This document shows positions 63,457 to 64,000 of a stretch of 64,000 nt of DNA, piece after piece. How positions within the stretch are numbered: the first letter of the stretch is position 1; each line of letters begins with the position of its first letter. The translations under genes were made by a program, and so were the position numbers. Location of the stretch: the NCBI RefSeq assembly GCF_009914755.1, contig NC_060933.1, one strand, 5' to 3'. This DNA is from the human T2T-CHM13v2.0 reference genome, Homo sapiens. Under the pieces are notes generated by a model that had not been told where the DNA came from, made no database searches, and saw only the letters and a list, made by a program, of their open reading frames with translations.

Positions 63457-64000
63457 TCCTACACCACAAGTTGCATTTTGTAATGTGTTTATTATGTCAG
63501 ATCCAATTACAAACTTTTTACGTCTTTCATTATTCAAATAAGGCAGCCATGAAAATAAGCACTAAATACAAGCCACTATCTATTGTGTCTTTAAAATGTG
63601 ACAAGTCAGAAGTAGCAAATCTATTCACATTCATAGTATCTGCCTGCCTGGGTTTAAAGACTTCATATAGATAGAGGCATGGAAAGGTGCTTATGCATAT
63701 ACCGATGTCACTCAGGTGGCCACACAAAAGGCTGCCTAACTCCTCCCGAGTAGGCAACGCTCTCCATGTTCAGAGGGGCCAACTGTTGAAAAAAGTCAAG
63801 TAAAATTTTCGAAAAAAGGAGTAAGTGCCCATTTCTTCAGCTCATGGATGGAAACGACAGCTGAATGGTTTGAGTTTTTAAAAGTATACTTTTTCAGGAA
63901 TGGCAGCACCCTGTATTCAAATAGAGAGAAGGAGAAAGATTTCTCTGAACTCCTATAGCAAAAGATCTAAGACCGTGGGGTCCTATTCAGTGTAAAACCA

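Noticed and set aside
63680-63800. Minus-strand acceptor ttttttcaacAG with a downstream exon-like stretch
   Set aside because: Stops in all three frames and only a weak donor (TCG|GTATAT).

Overview
This is primate, very probably human, nuclear DNA rather than a microbial window. It is AT-rich, CpG-depleted and roughly half made of interspersed repeats: about 20 Alu/FLAM/FRAM-type SINEs, one near-full-length L1PA7/8-type LINE-1 (36.6-42.6 kb, minus strand, ORFs broken, ~0.5 kb internal deletion), a 5'-inverted L1PA3-type stub, older L1M, L2, L3 and MIR fragments, DNA transposon relics (Tigger1, Tigger2a, MER1B, MER3, MER33, MER5A1, MER45, MER94, MER105, MER119) and solo LTR fragments (MLT1, MLT2, LTR33). 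I recognise no host protein-coding exon, RNA gene or CpG island. Almost all ORFs in the track are repeat-derived or chance. The window looks like a large intron (possibly of a minus-strand gene) or intergenic DNA, and I cannot name the locus. I found no convincing new biological system. The best observations are small-scale: an inverted templated insertion inside Tigger2a, a nested fold-back palindrome inside an L1MA, an open ORF0-like frame with a perfect splice donor in the L1 5'UTR, a probable ASR (Alu/snaR-related) retrocopy, and a few speculative splice-site architectures. Repeat subfamily names come from remembered consensus sequences, not a RepeatMasker run. Boundaries of old repeats are approximate.
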